64,000 bases of DNA from Candidatus Endomicrobiellum devescovinae (GTDB lineage: Bacteria; Elusimicrobiota; Endomicrobiia; Endomicrobiales; Endomicrobiaceae), in contig JAIRSK010000020.1 in NCBI GenBank assembly GCA_031255495.1, positions 9,367 to 73,366 of the forward strand, in the 5' to 3' direction. Of the stretch, positions 16,906 through 26,730 are shown one piece after another. How positions within the stretch are numbered: the first letter of the stretch is position 1; every line of letters starts with the position of its first letter. The position numbers were made by a program, and so were the translations under genes. The notes under the pieces were generated by a model. The model worked only from the letters and a program-made list of their open reading frames with translations. It was not told the origin of the DNA and ran no database searches.

Positions 16906-19443
16906 TTAATTGCTTATCTTCTTTTCATAAAAATCTTTTTGGAGAATGTTAAATTTAAAATTTGCACCTACATTACAGTAAAATCCTCTTTTAATATCAA
17001 GGTCTGAGACAATACTGTTTAGATTTGCGTAAACCCCTAAATATTTAGTAATGTCATAAATTATTCCTAATCCGAATATAACATTGAATAGATCATTTTC
17101 TAAACCTTTAATATTCATCTCTTGCAAACCATTTTTTAATTTTGCTTTAACATCACCTGTCCTTCCATAAAGAAATAAATATGCCTTTAATTCTGCCTGC
17201 CATTTAAATTTTGACTCAATGCCATTGTTTACTCGCAATCCAAATAATGTTTCAGCCATATTATAAGAATTACTGAATACGTTCAAATCTGCGGCGTTAG
17301 CTCCTTTTTCAATAAAATCATCTGTATGAACATAACTGTAGAAAAGACTAACAAAAGGTTTTATACATAGCGTATTGTTATAGTAATGATTGTACGCTAG
17401 TTCCGCAGCAGCATTAACATTATACCCTGCAAATTCTGCCCCTGTTTTTCTTTTTAAAAATTTTACGTTTCTTTTAGAAGTGTATTTATCTCTACCGCCA
17501 ATAAGCAGAACTCTTGTCTCCAAATTATTATCAAAAAAATATGAACCATAGCAGCCAACATTATATCCATTTATATCAACTTTATCGTCATTCTGACTGG
17601 AATTAGAATCAACAGAGCCAACAGTTATACCAAAAACATGAGCATCTTCTTTTAATATGTCAAAGCCTACTTGAAAACCCTTCTGATATGATTTAAAGTC
17701 GTCCTGAGAATTATTGTCGCCTTTGCATAAATTATTTGCGCTATACCAATGACCCCATATATTTCTCTTGCTTAATGCGCCATCGTTTGAGAAATAGTTT
17801 CTTTCAAGTCTTGATAAAATATTATTTCTTACAGCGTTTAACGCCGGAACTGTAATCGCATTAGCGTAAACATATCCTGAAAGATCATTCAAAGCAGCTT
17901 TTATGTTTACAATATTATCCTTATAGTGCGGATCTATTTTATCTATCGTATCAATTATAAAAAATAAATCACCTACGGCATCTCCATAATCACTATCCAA
18001 AGCAAAAGCTACGCTACGTTCATTATCTGATAAACCGTCAACACTACTTAATTGATCAACTTGAAGCGTCAAATTAACTTCATGCCACAAGTTTGGATTT
18101 CCGCTAACGCCATAATCAATAGCCGAATGAACTCTAGTCATAAAACAACCTTCAGAATTAGTATTGTCAAAACTGATAGAGCCACTACCACCGCTGCCAC
18201 CAACACTTGTTGCCACAATTATATTGTATGTTACGCTTCCAGAATAAACACCTGAAAATACAGCTTTGATCTTGCTGCCATCCATTTGTGCCCTATTTTC
18301 AATAATTATTTTGTCTGAAAATTTATTCTCCAAATTTATGTCATAACATATAGAAGCTGAGGAAGTTAATTTGAAAAATTTCAACTCGCTTGAGCTTTGA
18401 GTTCTCATATTTATAAAAACGCCTGTCGCAAAATAAACCTCCCTAGCATAAAAAGTTGATCCATCACCAAAATTCATAACGCCTTCATAAACATTAAATG
18501 TTCTAAGATCAAAATCACCATTAAAAACAAGAGTTCCCTTTCCAGTTTTATTAACAATACTATCACTATTGTCACATAATATTCCGCCGTCAAGAGTTAT
18601 TGTTCGGGAAACAGCCGCATCAAAGATTAAAGTATTTCCTCCCTGTATGTATATGTCGTTTCTTATATAAGCACCAAGCTCATTTTGCATTGTATTGCCA
18701 GAAAATGACATATCTTTTGTTACGGCTTTAAATGTTGAAATACTTCCTCCATTTAGGAATATTGCGCCACCTAATCTGCTGGCTTTATTGTTAACAAAAT
18801 ATCCTCCGTCATTTAAACTAACATCGTTTGAATATACTGCTCCTCCCAAAGACGCTTCATTGCTTTCTGCCACAACATAAGAATTAAAAACTACGCTTCC
18901 TGAAGAACAATAAATAACTCCGCCGACTCCGCTTAAAGCGACATTTTCCTTAAATATTACATTGTCCGTAAAAGTTAGAGTCCCTGAAGATAAAAACACG
19001 GCTCCGCCGGAGCCTTCGCTGGCAGTATTTTGTATAAAAGACACATTCCCGTTTAATGTGAAATTCTCTCCGGGAACGCAAATTGCAGCGCCACCTCTAA
19101 AAGAACTTCCTTTATACGTACCGCCTTTTAAAACTAAACCGTCTATAGTTAAAGATGTATTCAAAGAATTTTCAGGAAGAGAAAAAAAGTTATTGTTTTT
19201 GTTTGCAGTAAGAGTTCTTATTATATTGGAATTGTTGGTAGAAAGTTTTCCACCTGATTGAAGAGCAACTGATGTTGACAGAAAAAAGTCGCCATAGAAA
19301 ATACCTGCGGTGTCAGCGTTAAGAGCTGCCCAATTAGCAGGGTTATCCACATCTGTTTGTGTTTTAAAATCTACAGCGTGCAGAAACGCTGTAATGTAAA
19401 AGAAAAAGCAAATAATAGATACTATTACTTTTAACTTTTTCAT
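16906..19443 (-). CDS. autotransporter outer-membrane protein with polymorphic-membrane-protein (Pmp) type GGA(I/V)/FxxN repeats
   Basis: 845 aa; signal peptide. Repeated GGAAICV, GGAVFLSSGTLTFTDN, GGVIYCSSGSVVFNS, GGAVYSN, LGGAIFLNGG. The C-terminal ~280 aa have alternating aromatic beta-strand patterns (autotransporter barrel). Confidence 0.75.
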   Translation of the reverse strand: MKKLKVIVSIICFFFYITAFLHAVDFKTQTDVDNPANWAALNADTAGIFYGDFFLSTSVALQSGGKLSTNNSNIIRTLTANKNNNFFSLPENSLNTSLTIDGLVLKGGTYKGSSFRGGAAICVPGENFTLNGNVSFIQNTASEGSGGAVFLSSGTLTFTDNVIFKENVALSGVGGVIYCSSGSVVFNSYVVAESNEASLGGAVYSNDVSLNDGGYFVNNKASRLGGAIFLNGGSISTFKAVTKDMSFSGNTMQNELGAYIRNDIYIQGGNTLIFDAAVSRTITLDGGILCDNSDSIVNKTGKGTLVFNGDFDLRTFNVYEGVMNFGDGSTFYAREVYFATGVFINMRTQSSSELKFFKLTSSASICYDINLENKFSDKIIIENRAQMDGSKIKAVFSGVYSGSVTYNIIVATSVGGSGGSGSISFDNTNSEGCFMTRVHSAIDYGVSGNPNLWHEVNLTLQVDQLSSVDGLSDNERSVAFALDSDYGDAVGDLFFIIDTIDKIDPHYKDNIVNIKAALNDLSGYVYANAITVPALNAVRNNILSRLERNYFSNDGALSKRNIWGHWYSANNLCKGDNNSQDDFKSYQKGFQVGFDILKEDAHVFGITVGSVDSNSSQNDDKVDINGYNVGCYGSYFFDNNLETRVLLIGGRDKYTSKRNVKFLKRKTGAEFAGYNVNAAAELAYNHYYNNTLCIKPFVSLFYSYVHTDDFIEKGANAADLNVFSNSYNMAETLFGLRVNNGIESKFKWQAELKAYLFLYGRTGDVKAKLKNGLQEMNIKGLENDLFNVIFGLGIIYDITKYLGVYANLNSIVSDLDIKRGFYCNVGANFKFNILQKDFYEKKISN

Positions 19444-19500
19444 CTAATAAGATTTTATATAATACTTTAAGATGTGTAAATAGGGATAGACAACTTAAAG

Positions 19501-19770
19501 TTAGTCATTAACCGAAAATCTGTACTCTATTTCGTCTGGCGATGCAACGTTTAATTCGCTGCGAACCATTCTTTCTAAATAAGAAGGCTCATTTTCAAGA
19601 TAATATATTCTTTTTTTAAGCAATTCGTTTTGATATTGAGCATATTTAATACCTCTATTTAATTTATTTATCTCAAAACATCGTCTAACAAGTGTCCTAT
19701 TTCCTTCATTAAAAATTAAAATCAAGAGAAAAACTAGCAATATAATATAACGAATTTTTATTTTTTTCAT
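19501..19770 (-). CDS. ftsB: septum formation initiator FtsB/DivIC family
   Basis: 89 aa; N-terminal TM helix then coiled coil; LENEPSYLERMVRSELNVASPDEIEYRF is typical of the family. Confidence 0.7.
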   Translation of the reverse strand: MKKIKIRYIILLVFLLILIFNEGNRTLVRRCFEINKLNRGIKYAQYQNELLKKRIYYLENEPSYLERMVRSELNVASPDEIEYRFSVND

Positions 19771-19796
19771 AGTTTTATTTTTAACAATATATTTAA

Positions 19797-20378
19797 TTAT
19801 TGCGCAGGAACTTTTTTTTCTGATATGCTAGTTGCGGAGCCAAAACCTTTAATAACCCTTCTTACAATATTTCTAGACATCTTAATCCAAACAATTTCTC
19901 TTGCCTCTTCTTCACTCATTCCATCATCTATAGAATCTTTTCCGCTTGGTCTTCTATTTATATCGCGATAAATTTGTATTCCTTCCATATTTGGCTCAGT
20001 CCATAGAGTTACATTATTGTCATTATCAACTAATGAAACACTTGCAATAATCCACATTTTATATTGCTCTGCGACATTGTTTATATCATAGGTAAGCGGC
20101 TGCAAAATGTATCTCTTAATTATCACCGTAAGAACTCCGTCTGCATCTTTTTCTTTGTTTACTAAAGATAAACGCCCGCTGTTAATTATTTCTTCTATAA
20201 CTTCGTTTGTAAATTTTGATTCTATCCCAAATTGGTTAGTATTATTCCCAAAAGGTTTAACATAAACTTTTTTAATATGTTCTGGCAAGAGTTGAACTGC
20301 TGGCTCATATAGAGATGTGCATGAACTGAGACTTATAAACAAAAAAGCCGCAAATAAATAAACAATAATTTTTTTCAC
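19797..20378 (-). CDS. lptE: LPS-assembly lipoprotein LptE-like
   Basis: 193 aa; lipoprotein signal LSSC; VYVKPFGNNT...GVLTVIIKRY...YKMWIIASVSLVD pattern; conserved position directly after leuS. Confidence 0.55.
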   Translation of the reverse strand: MKKIIVYLFAAFLFISLSSCTSLYEPAVQLLPEHIKKVYVKPFGNNTNQFGIESKFTNEVIEEIINSGRLSLVNKEKDADGVLTVIIKRYILQPLTYDINNVAEQYKMWIIASVSLVDNDNNVTLWTEPNMEGIQIYRDINRRPSGKDSIDDGMSEEEAREIVWIKMSRNIVRRVIKGFGSATSISEKKVPAQ

Positions 20379-20391
20379 AGAGCCTCCATAA

Positions 20392-22830
20392 TTACTTTAC
20401 CACTATAGTAACTATCTTATTTTTAACATATATAAATTTAACTACCTGTTTATCTTTTAAATAAGCTGATATTTTCTCATCTGAATTTACAGCTTTCTTT
20501 ACTTCGTCTTCTGGCGCATCGGCAGAAACAGTTATTCTTCCTTTTAATTTTCCATTTATTTGTATAGGAATTTCAATAGAAGATTCTTTGATCATACTTT
20601 CATCAAAAACAGGCCATGCATGAATTGAGATACATTCATTATTTCCAAGTTTTTCCCAAATTTCTTCACATAAATGAGGAGTAATAGGTGCAAGTAGTAA
20701 TATCAATGTCTTATATACTTCCAACGATACTCCGTCGTCATTAGCATGATATTTATAGGAATATAGTGCGTTCACAAGCTCCATAATTGATGAAATCGCA
20801 GTATTAAACTGAAATTCTTTTTCAATATCAGACGTAACTTTCTTTACGGTCTTATGCATAGTTCTCAAAATATCGTCTTTATCCTTTTGAGAAGCAGCAG
20901 CTATAGACTTTGTATTTACAACATCAAAAAGACGCCATACTCTATTTACAAATCTCCAACATCCTTCTATTCCATCGGAAGACCAATCAAGCTGTTTCTG
21001 AGGAGGCGCTGCAAAAAGAATAAACAATCTTGCTGTATCAGCTCCATACTTTGGAAGTATTTCGTCAGGACTTACAACGTTTCCTTTAGATTTTGACATT
21101 GCGCTGCCACCAAGAGTTACCATTCCTTGAGTTAGCAAATTCGTAAAAGGTTCATCGTATTTTACAAGACCTAAGTCTCTCATGACTTTAAACCAAAAAC
21201 GGGCGTATATCAAGTGCATGCAAGCGTGTTCTATTCCGCCGATATACTGATTTACAGGCATCCAATAATTTGCTTTTACGCTGCAAAAAGGAGCATTATC
21301 ATTGTGTGAGTCGCAATATCGTGCATAATACCATGAAGAGTCAACAAAAGTATCCATCGTGTCGGTTTCTCTGCTCGCATCTTTACCACATTTTGGACAT
21401 TTAACATTTACAAATGTCTTACTTGTCTTTAAAGGAGACTCGCCTGCTCCTGTGAATTCTACGTCTTCAGGAAGCAGAACAGGCAACTCTTTTTCAGAAA
21501 CAGGGACAATGCCGCAGTTATCACAATGAATCATTGGTATAGGAGCGCCCCAATATCTCTGTCTTGAAACTAACCAGTCTTTAAGTTTAAAATTTACAGT
21601 CTTTTTCCCAAAACCTTGTTTTTCAATCCAGCTTGAAACAACATCAAAAGCATCAGCAGATTTAACTCCAGAAAATTCTCCAGAATTTACAAGAATACCT
21701 TCATCTTCATAAGCATGTTTGCTTATGTCAGAATTATTGCCTTTTATTACTTCTATGACAGGAACATCAAACTTTTTAGCAAACTCCCAATCTCTTTGGT
21801 CGTGAGCAGGCACAGCCATAATAGCACCCGTGCCGTATCCAGTTAAAACGTAATCTGCTGTAAAAATAGGGATTTCTTTCCTCGTAGCAGGATTTAAGGC
21901 ATTTATGCCTTCCAGTCTTATTCCTGTTTTTTCTTTGCTTGATGCCCTTTCTATATTTGATTTTCTGCCGCTTGCAAGAATATATTGGGCAACTTGTTCA
22001 TAATTTTTAATTTTAGATTTTAACTCATTGATTATTTCATGTTCGGGAGCTACAACCATAAAAGTTACGCCAAAGATTGTATCAGGACGCGTAGTAAATA
22101 TTTTTAAATTTTTACCAGAACCTGAGATTTTAAAGTCCACTTCGGCTCCGTAAGATTTGCCTATCCAATTTTTCTGCATTGATAAAACTTGTTCTGACCA
22201 TCCGCCAAGCTGTTTGTGTCCTTCCAAAAGTTCATCTGCATAATCTGTGATTTTTATAAACCACTGCTCCAAGTCTCTATGCTCGGTATGGCTGTCGCAT
22301 CTCCAACATACGCCGTTTGAAACTTGTTCGTTTGCAAGAACTGTTTGACATGACGGACACCAATTAACATTAGCATTCTTTCTAAACACTAAACCTTTTT
22401 CCCACATCTTTATAAAAAACCACTGAGTCCATTTGTAATATTCAGGGTCGCATGTTGCGGTTTCTCTGCTCCAATCGTAGGAAAACCCTAAAGATTTCAA
22501 TTGTTCTCTCATACGGGCGATATTTTGTTTAGTCCATTTTGCAGGGTGTATTTTATTTTTAATTGCAGCATTTTCAGCAGGAAGACCAAAAGCGTCCCAG
22601 CCTGCTGTATATAAAACATTTTTGCCCTTCATTCTGTGAAAACGAGCGTAAACATCTCCTATGCTATAATTACGGACATGTCCCATATGCAGATTGCCTG
22701 AAGGATAAGGTAACATTTCCAGACAATAGTATTTTTCTTTTTTAGAGTCTTCTTTACTCTCAAATATTTTGCTTTCAGACCATTTTTTCTGCCACTTTTT
22801 TTCCACTTCTAAATGATTATATTCTGTCAC
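20392..22830 (-). CDS. leuS: leucine--tRNA ligase
   Basis: 812 aa; PYPSGNLHMGHVRNY (HIGH) and SKSKGNVV (KMSKS). Confidence 0.96.
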   Translation of the reverse strand: MTEYNHLEVEKKWQKKWSESKIFESKEDSKKEKYYCLEMLPYPSGNLHMGHVRNYSIGDVYARFHRMKGKNVLYTAGWDAFGLPAENAAIKNKIHPAKWTKQNIARMREQLKSLGFSYDWSRETATCDPEYYKWTQWFFIKMWEKGLVFRKNANVNWCPSCQTVLANEQVSNGVCWRCDSHTEHRDLEQWFIKITDYADELLEGHKQLGGWSEQVLSMQKNWIGKSYGAEVDFKISGSGKNLKIFTTRPDTIFGVTFMVVAPEHEIINELKSKIKNYEQVAQYILASGRKSNIERASSKEKTGIRLEGINALNPATRKEIPIFTADYVLTGYGTGAIMAVPAHDQRDWEFAKKFDVPVIEVIKGNNSDISKHAYEDEGILVNSGEFSGVKSADAFDVVSSWIEKQGFGKKTVNFKLKDWLVSRQRYWGAPIPMIHCDNCGIVPVSEKELPVLLPEDVEFTGAGESPLKTSKTFVNVKCPKCGKDASRETDTMDTFVDSSWYYARYCDSHNDNAPFCSVKANYWMPVNQYIGGIEHACMHLIYARFWFKVMRDLGLVKYDEPFTNLLTQGMVTLGGSAMSKSKGNVVSPDEILPKYGADTARLFILFAAPPQKQLDWSSDGIEGCWRFVNRVWRLFDVVNTKSIAAASQKDKDDILRTMHKTVKKVTSDIEKEFQFNTAISSIMELVNALYSYKYHANDDGVSLEVYKTLILLLAPITPHLCEEIWEKLGNNECISIHAWPVFDESMIKESSIEIPIQINGKLKGRITVSADAPEDEVKKAVNSDEKISAYLKDKQVVKFIYVKNKIVTIVVK

Positions 22831-22841
22831 GTTTCTCCCCT

Positions 22842-23582
22842 TTACTTTTCTAGTAAAACAAAATGTTCTAGGTTTCCTTTGGGTCCTTTAAGTTCTGAGT
22901 CAGCTTCAGAAATTATCTTAAAGCCCAAGCTTAAAGCAAAATTTTTAATTTTACTTATAGCTTTTTGCCTCAACTTTTCATCCCTTACAACGCCTTTCTT
23001 TATTTCCGAAGGTTCAAGTTCAAATTGAGGTTTTATCATAGCTAAAACAGAGCTATTTTCACAAATGGTTTTATATACCATTGGCAAAATCTTATCAAGC
23101 GAAATAAAAGAAACATCTATAGTCGTAAAATCTACTCTATCTTTTAATAAAGCATCGTCAAAATATCTAAAATTGACGTTTTCTATATTTATTACTCTTT
23201 TGTCATTTCTTAATTTATAATGAAGCTGCCCAGAACCGACATCAACAGAATAAACTTTAATGGCTCCCTTTTGAAGCATACAATCTGTAAAACCGCCTGT
23301 TGATGCCCCTATATCAAGACAAATATACCCTTTAACATCAATATTTAAAGACCTCAAAGCCGACTCTAATTTTAGTCCGCCTCTGGAAACATAAGGATTT
23401 ATATTTTTTATTTCAATTATATCTTCGTCGCCGACCAATACGCTCGGTTTGTACTGAACTTGATTATTTACAAAAACACTACCGCCCATTATAAAGGCTT
23501 GAGCTTTGGTTCTTGTTTCCGCAAAGCCTTTTTCAAACACTAAAATATCTAAACGTTTCTTCTTATTTTTTTCCATCTGCAA
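22842..23582 (-). CDS. tlyA: TlyA-family rRNA 2'-O-methyltransferase (S4 + FtsJ domains)
   Basis: 246 aa; KRLDILVFEKGFAETRTKAQAFI (S4); CLDIGASTGGFTDCMLQKGA (SAM binding). Confidence 0.88.
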   Translation of the reverse strand: MQMEKNKKKRLDILVFEKGFAETRTKAQAFIMGGSVFVNNQVQYKPSVLVGDEDIIEIKNINPYVSRGGLKLESALRSLNIDVKGYICLDIGASTGGFTDCMLQKGAIKVYSVDVGSGQLHYKLRNDKRVINIENVNFRYFDDALLKDRVDFTTIDVSFISLDKILPMVYKTICENSSVLAMIKPQFELEPSEIKKGVVRDEKLRQKAISKIKNFALSLGFKIISEADSELKGPKGNLEHFVLLEK

Positions 23583-25458
23583 ACATCTTTAAAGCTTTGT
23601 TGGCTACCCCTTCAGGTGTAAGACCGTACTTCTTTCTTAGTACTTTTACATTTCCATGCTCTATAAATTTATCTGGAAGCCCTATACATTCAACTTCAGC
23701 TCCTGTACCAAATAACACATTCTTTACGCTTTCGCCAAAACCGCCGATTAAAGAATTCTCTTCAACTGTAACAAATTTCTTAGTTTTTGAAAGAGCCTCT
23801 TTTATTATGTCAACATCCAAAGGTTTTAAAAACCTCATATTTATTACAGAAGCATTTATATTTTCCTTTTCTAACAGTTGGGCGGCTTTTAAACACGTAT
23901 TTACGTGGCTTCCTATAGCAAGAAAGCAAATATCATCACCTTCTTTTATAACAGTTCCTTTCCCGATTTTTAAAACACATGAAGATTTATCAAGTTTGCC
24001 CCCTACTCCAGCTCCTCTAGGATAACGTATGGCGCAAGGTTTATTGGAGTTTAATGCAGTTTTTAACATGTGCTGTAATTCGTTCTCGTCGGCAGGAGAC
24101 ATAATAATTAAATTAGGTATATAATTCAGATAAGACAAATCAAAAGCCCCGTGATGAGTTCCCCCGTCTTCACCAACAAGACCCGCTCTGTCCAAAGCAA
24201 AAGTAACTGAAAGATTCTGCAAAGCCACATCGTGTATAATATTGTCTATTGCTCTTTGCATAAATGTTGAGTAAATAGCGCAAACAGGTTTCATGCCGTC
24301 TGCTGCCATAGCGGCGGCAAAAGTAATGGCATGCTCTTCAGCAATACCTACGTCAAAATATCTGTTAGGGAACTCTTTAGCAAATTTATCAAGCCCAGTT
24401 CCTTCAGGCATTGCGGCAGTTATAGCAACTATTTTTTTATCGGAATGAGCAAGTTTTATAAGAGTGTCTGAAAAAACTTTTGTATATGTAACCTCATTAG
24501 TTTTTACAATTTCGCCAGTTTTTACGTCAAACTTGCCTACTCCGTGAAATTTTATCGGTTCAGTTTCAGCGGGAGTGTACCCCTTACCTTTTTTTGTAAT
24601 AACATGCAATAAAACAGGTCCTTCCATGTCTTTGATATTTTCAAGAATAACTGTTAAATTATTGATGTCGTGCCCTTGCACAGGACCAATATACGTAAAT
24701 CCCATTTCTTCAAAAAGCATGCCTGGAAAAAGTATTACTTTGGCTCTTTTTATAAACTTTCTAAAAGGCGAACCAAAACCGTGGAATCTACTTACAGTTT
24801 TCATCACCTTTTCTTCAACTTTTCTTGCCATACCCACAGTTAAAAGTTTAGCTAAATATCCCGCAACTGCGCCAACTTTTTGTGATATAAACATTTCATT
24901 GTCATTTAATATTACGAGCATGTTTTTTTTAAGATGTCCTGCATTTTGTAAACCTTCAAACGCAAGACCTCCAGTCATAGAACCGTCGCCAATAACTGCT
25001 ACTACTTTATAATCTTCATTCTTTATATCTCTAGCGGTTGCAAAACCCAAAGCCGCAGAAATTGAAGTTGAAGAATGCCCTACACCAAACGCATCATGCT
25101 CGGATTCAGATCTACGCGGGAAACCGCTAAGTCCATTATGAGTTCTTATTGTTTTGAATTTATTTTTCCTTCCGGTAAGAATTTTATGTGCATAAGACTG
25201 ATGACCAACGTCCCAAATTATCTTATCACGAGGCGAATCAAACACGTAATGCATTGCAACTGTCAATTCTACAACGCCAAGACTTGGGGCTAAATGACCA
25301 CCGTTTACTGAAATTGTATTTACTATTTCTTCTCTTATTTCCTTTGCAAGAAGAGAAAGCTCTTCTTTATTTAATTTTTTTAAATCTTGAGGATTATTCA
25401 CAGCGTCTAATATTTTCACTATTGCCCCTAATAAAAACATTGAAATAAAATATGACAA
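23563..25458 (-). CDS. dxs: 1-deoxy-D-xylulose-5-phosphate synthase
   Basis: 631 aa; GGHLAPSLGVVELT, WDVGHQSYAHKILTGR, GDGSMTGG. The first track codon is TTG (25458); an ATG at 25440 is an alternative start. Confidence 0.93.
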   Translation of the reverse strand: MSYFISMFLLGAIVKILDAVNNPQDLKKLNKEELSLLAKEIREEIVNTISVNGGHLAPSLGVVELTVAMHYVFDSPRDKIIWDVGHQSYAHKILTGRKNKFKTIRTHNGLSGFPRRSESEHDAFGVGHSSTSISAALGFATARDIKNEDYKVVAVIGDGSMTGGLAFEGLQNAGHLKKNMLVILNDNEMFISQKVGAVAGYLAKLLTVGMARKVEEKVMKTVSRFHGFGSPFRKFIKRAKVILFPGMLFEEMGFTYIGPVQGHDINNLTVILENIKDMEGPVLLHVITKKGKGYTPAETEPIKFHGVGKFDVKTGEIVKTNEVTYTKVFSDTLIKLAHSDKKIVAITAAMPEGTGLDKFAKEFPNRYFDVGIAEEHAITFAAAMAADGMKPVCAIYSTFMQRAIDNIIHDVALQNLSVTFALDRAGLVGEDGGTHHGAFDLSYLNYIPNLIIMSPADENELQHMLKTALNSNKPCAIRYPRGAGVGGKLDKSSCVLKIGKGTVIKEGDDICFLAIGSHVNTCLKAAQLLEKENINASVINMRFLKPLDVDIIKEALSKTKKFVTVEENSLIGGFGESVKNVLFGTGAEVECIGLPDKFIEHGNVKVLRKKYGLTPEGVANKALKMFADGKK

Positions 25459-25617
25459 AAACCTGACACTTAACTAAGGACAACTATTTCTCAACAACCA
25501 TAGATTATGTATATTGCGATTTTCGCAGAAATGACAGCACAACAAAGCCGCAACAACAAATTTCTGTACAAATCCTTAAATTGATTGATGACGACATATC
25601 AAAGACAAATTAAAAAA

Positions 25618-26511
25618 TCAGCAATTTCTTGATGTCATGTAATCTGCAAGATGTAGAAATATTTCGGCTTTATCTCCGAATATAGATAATGCATTTTTTG
25701 CTTTATTTATATGCCTGTACGCTATTCTTTCCGCTTCTTCTTTGCCAAACAACGAAAGAGCGGTCAGTTTATCGTTGTCTGCATCGCTGCCATTTTTACC
25801 TAAAAGTCTTTTATCAGCATAAACGTCCAAAATATCATCTGTAATTTGAAAAGCTATTCCTATATTTGTTCCGTAAGCTTCTAATGATTTTAAACCTTTT
25901 TCATCTGCGTCGGCTAAAAGTGCACCTATTTTTAAACTTGCAACTATCAACGCAGCAGTTTTTTTTATCTGTATAAATTTTAACTTTTTCTCTAAAATTT
26001 CTTTATTTTTCTCGCTCCAGCTGCCTGTCTCTAGAGTATCTTCGGCTTGTCCTGCAATCATACCTTTATATCCGCTGTAATCAGCGAGAACATTTACTGC
26101 TTTGTTAATATTCTTATCTTCAGCATTAGCTTTTGTTATAAGATTAAAGGCTTCCGTAAGCAAAGCATCGCCGCATAAAATAGCGGCAGCTTCGCCGAAC
26201 TTTTTGTGATTGGTAGGCATTCCCCTGCGCAAATCATCGTTATCCATAGACGGCAAATCATCATGAACTAACGAGTACGTATGCAAATATTCTACCGCAC
26301 AAGCCGCTGGAAGAACGTCTTTAGCTTTGCCGCCAAAAAGTTCTGCAGCTAAAAAAACACAAATAGGACGCAGTCTTTTTCCACCTGCCATAACGCTATA
26401 ACGCATACCTTGAGAAATTACAGAATTGTCTTTAGGCAAAAATCTTTTTAATGCCGAGTTTACATATTTTGCTTTTTTTGACAAATATTTCTTTAAATTA
26501 ACTTTTTGCAA
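25618..26511 (-). CDS. ispA: (2E,6E)-farnesyl diphosphate synthase (polyprenyl synthetase)
   Basis: 297 aa; LVHDDLPSMDNDDLRRG and FQITDDILD aspartate-rich motifs. Confidence 0.9.
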   Translation of the reverse strand: MQKVNLKKYLSKKAKYVNSALKRFLPKDNSVISQGMRYSVMAGGKRLRPICVFLAAELFGGKAKDVLPAACAVEYLHTYSLVHDDLPSMDNDDLRRGMPTNHKKFGEAAAILCGDALLTEAFNLITKANAEDKNINKAVNVLADYSGYKGMIAGQAEDTLETGSWSEKNKEILEKKLKFIQIKKTAALIVASLKIGALLADADEKGLKSLEAYGTNIGIAFQITDDILDVYADKRLLGKNGSDADNDKLTALSLFGKEEAERIAYRHINKAKNALSIFGDKAEIFLHLADYMTSRNC

Positions 26512-26514
26512 AAT

Positions 26515-26730
26515 TTACTCCTTAAAAGGCTTTACTTCTCCTGAAGAAGTTATAATTTCAATTTTCTTTTTTGTTTCGTTGAGTTTTTCGGAACAAAATT
26601 TTACGAGCTGTGCTCCTTCAGAAAACAAAGCCAATGCTTTATCTAAATCAGGCTCGGCGTTTTCCATTTCTGAAACTATAGCTTCTAGTCTTTGCAAAGA
26701 CTTTTCAAAATTTAATTGTCTTTTAGTCAT
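26515..26730 (-). CDS. xseB: exodeoxyribonuclease VII small subunit
   Basis: 71 aa; FEKSLQRLEAIVSEME...LDKALALFSEG..L...C..KL; overlaps the xseA stop. Confidence 0.9.
   Translation of the reverse strand: MTKRQLNFEKSLQRLEAIVSEMENAEPDLDKALALFSEGAQLVKFCSEKLNETKKKIEIITSSGEVKPFKE

Noticed and set aside
23513-25012. Long antisense ORFs such as 23513..24025 (170 aa) and 24575..25012 (145 aa). The many 60-130-aa ORFs opposite cas9, clpB, cysE, rny, dnaX, leuS and others fall in the same class.
   Set aside because: All overlap strongly recognisable genes on the other strand and have Ser/Leu/Phe/Pro-rich low-complexity products typical of shadow frames in AT-rich DNA.
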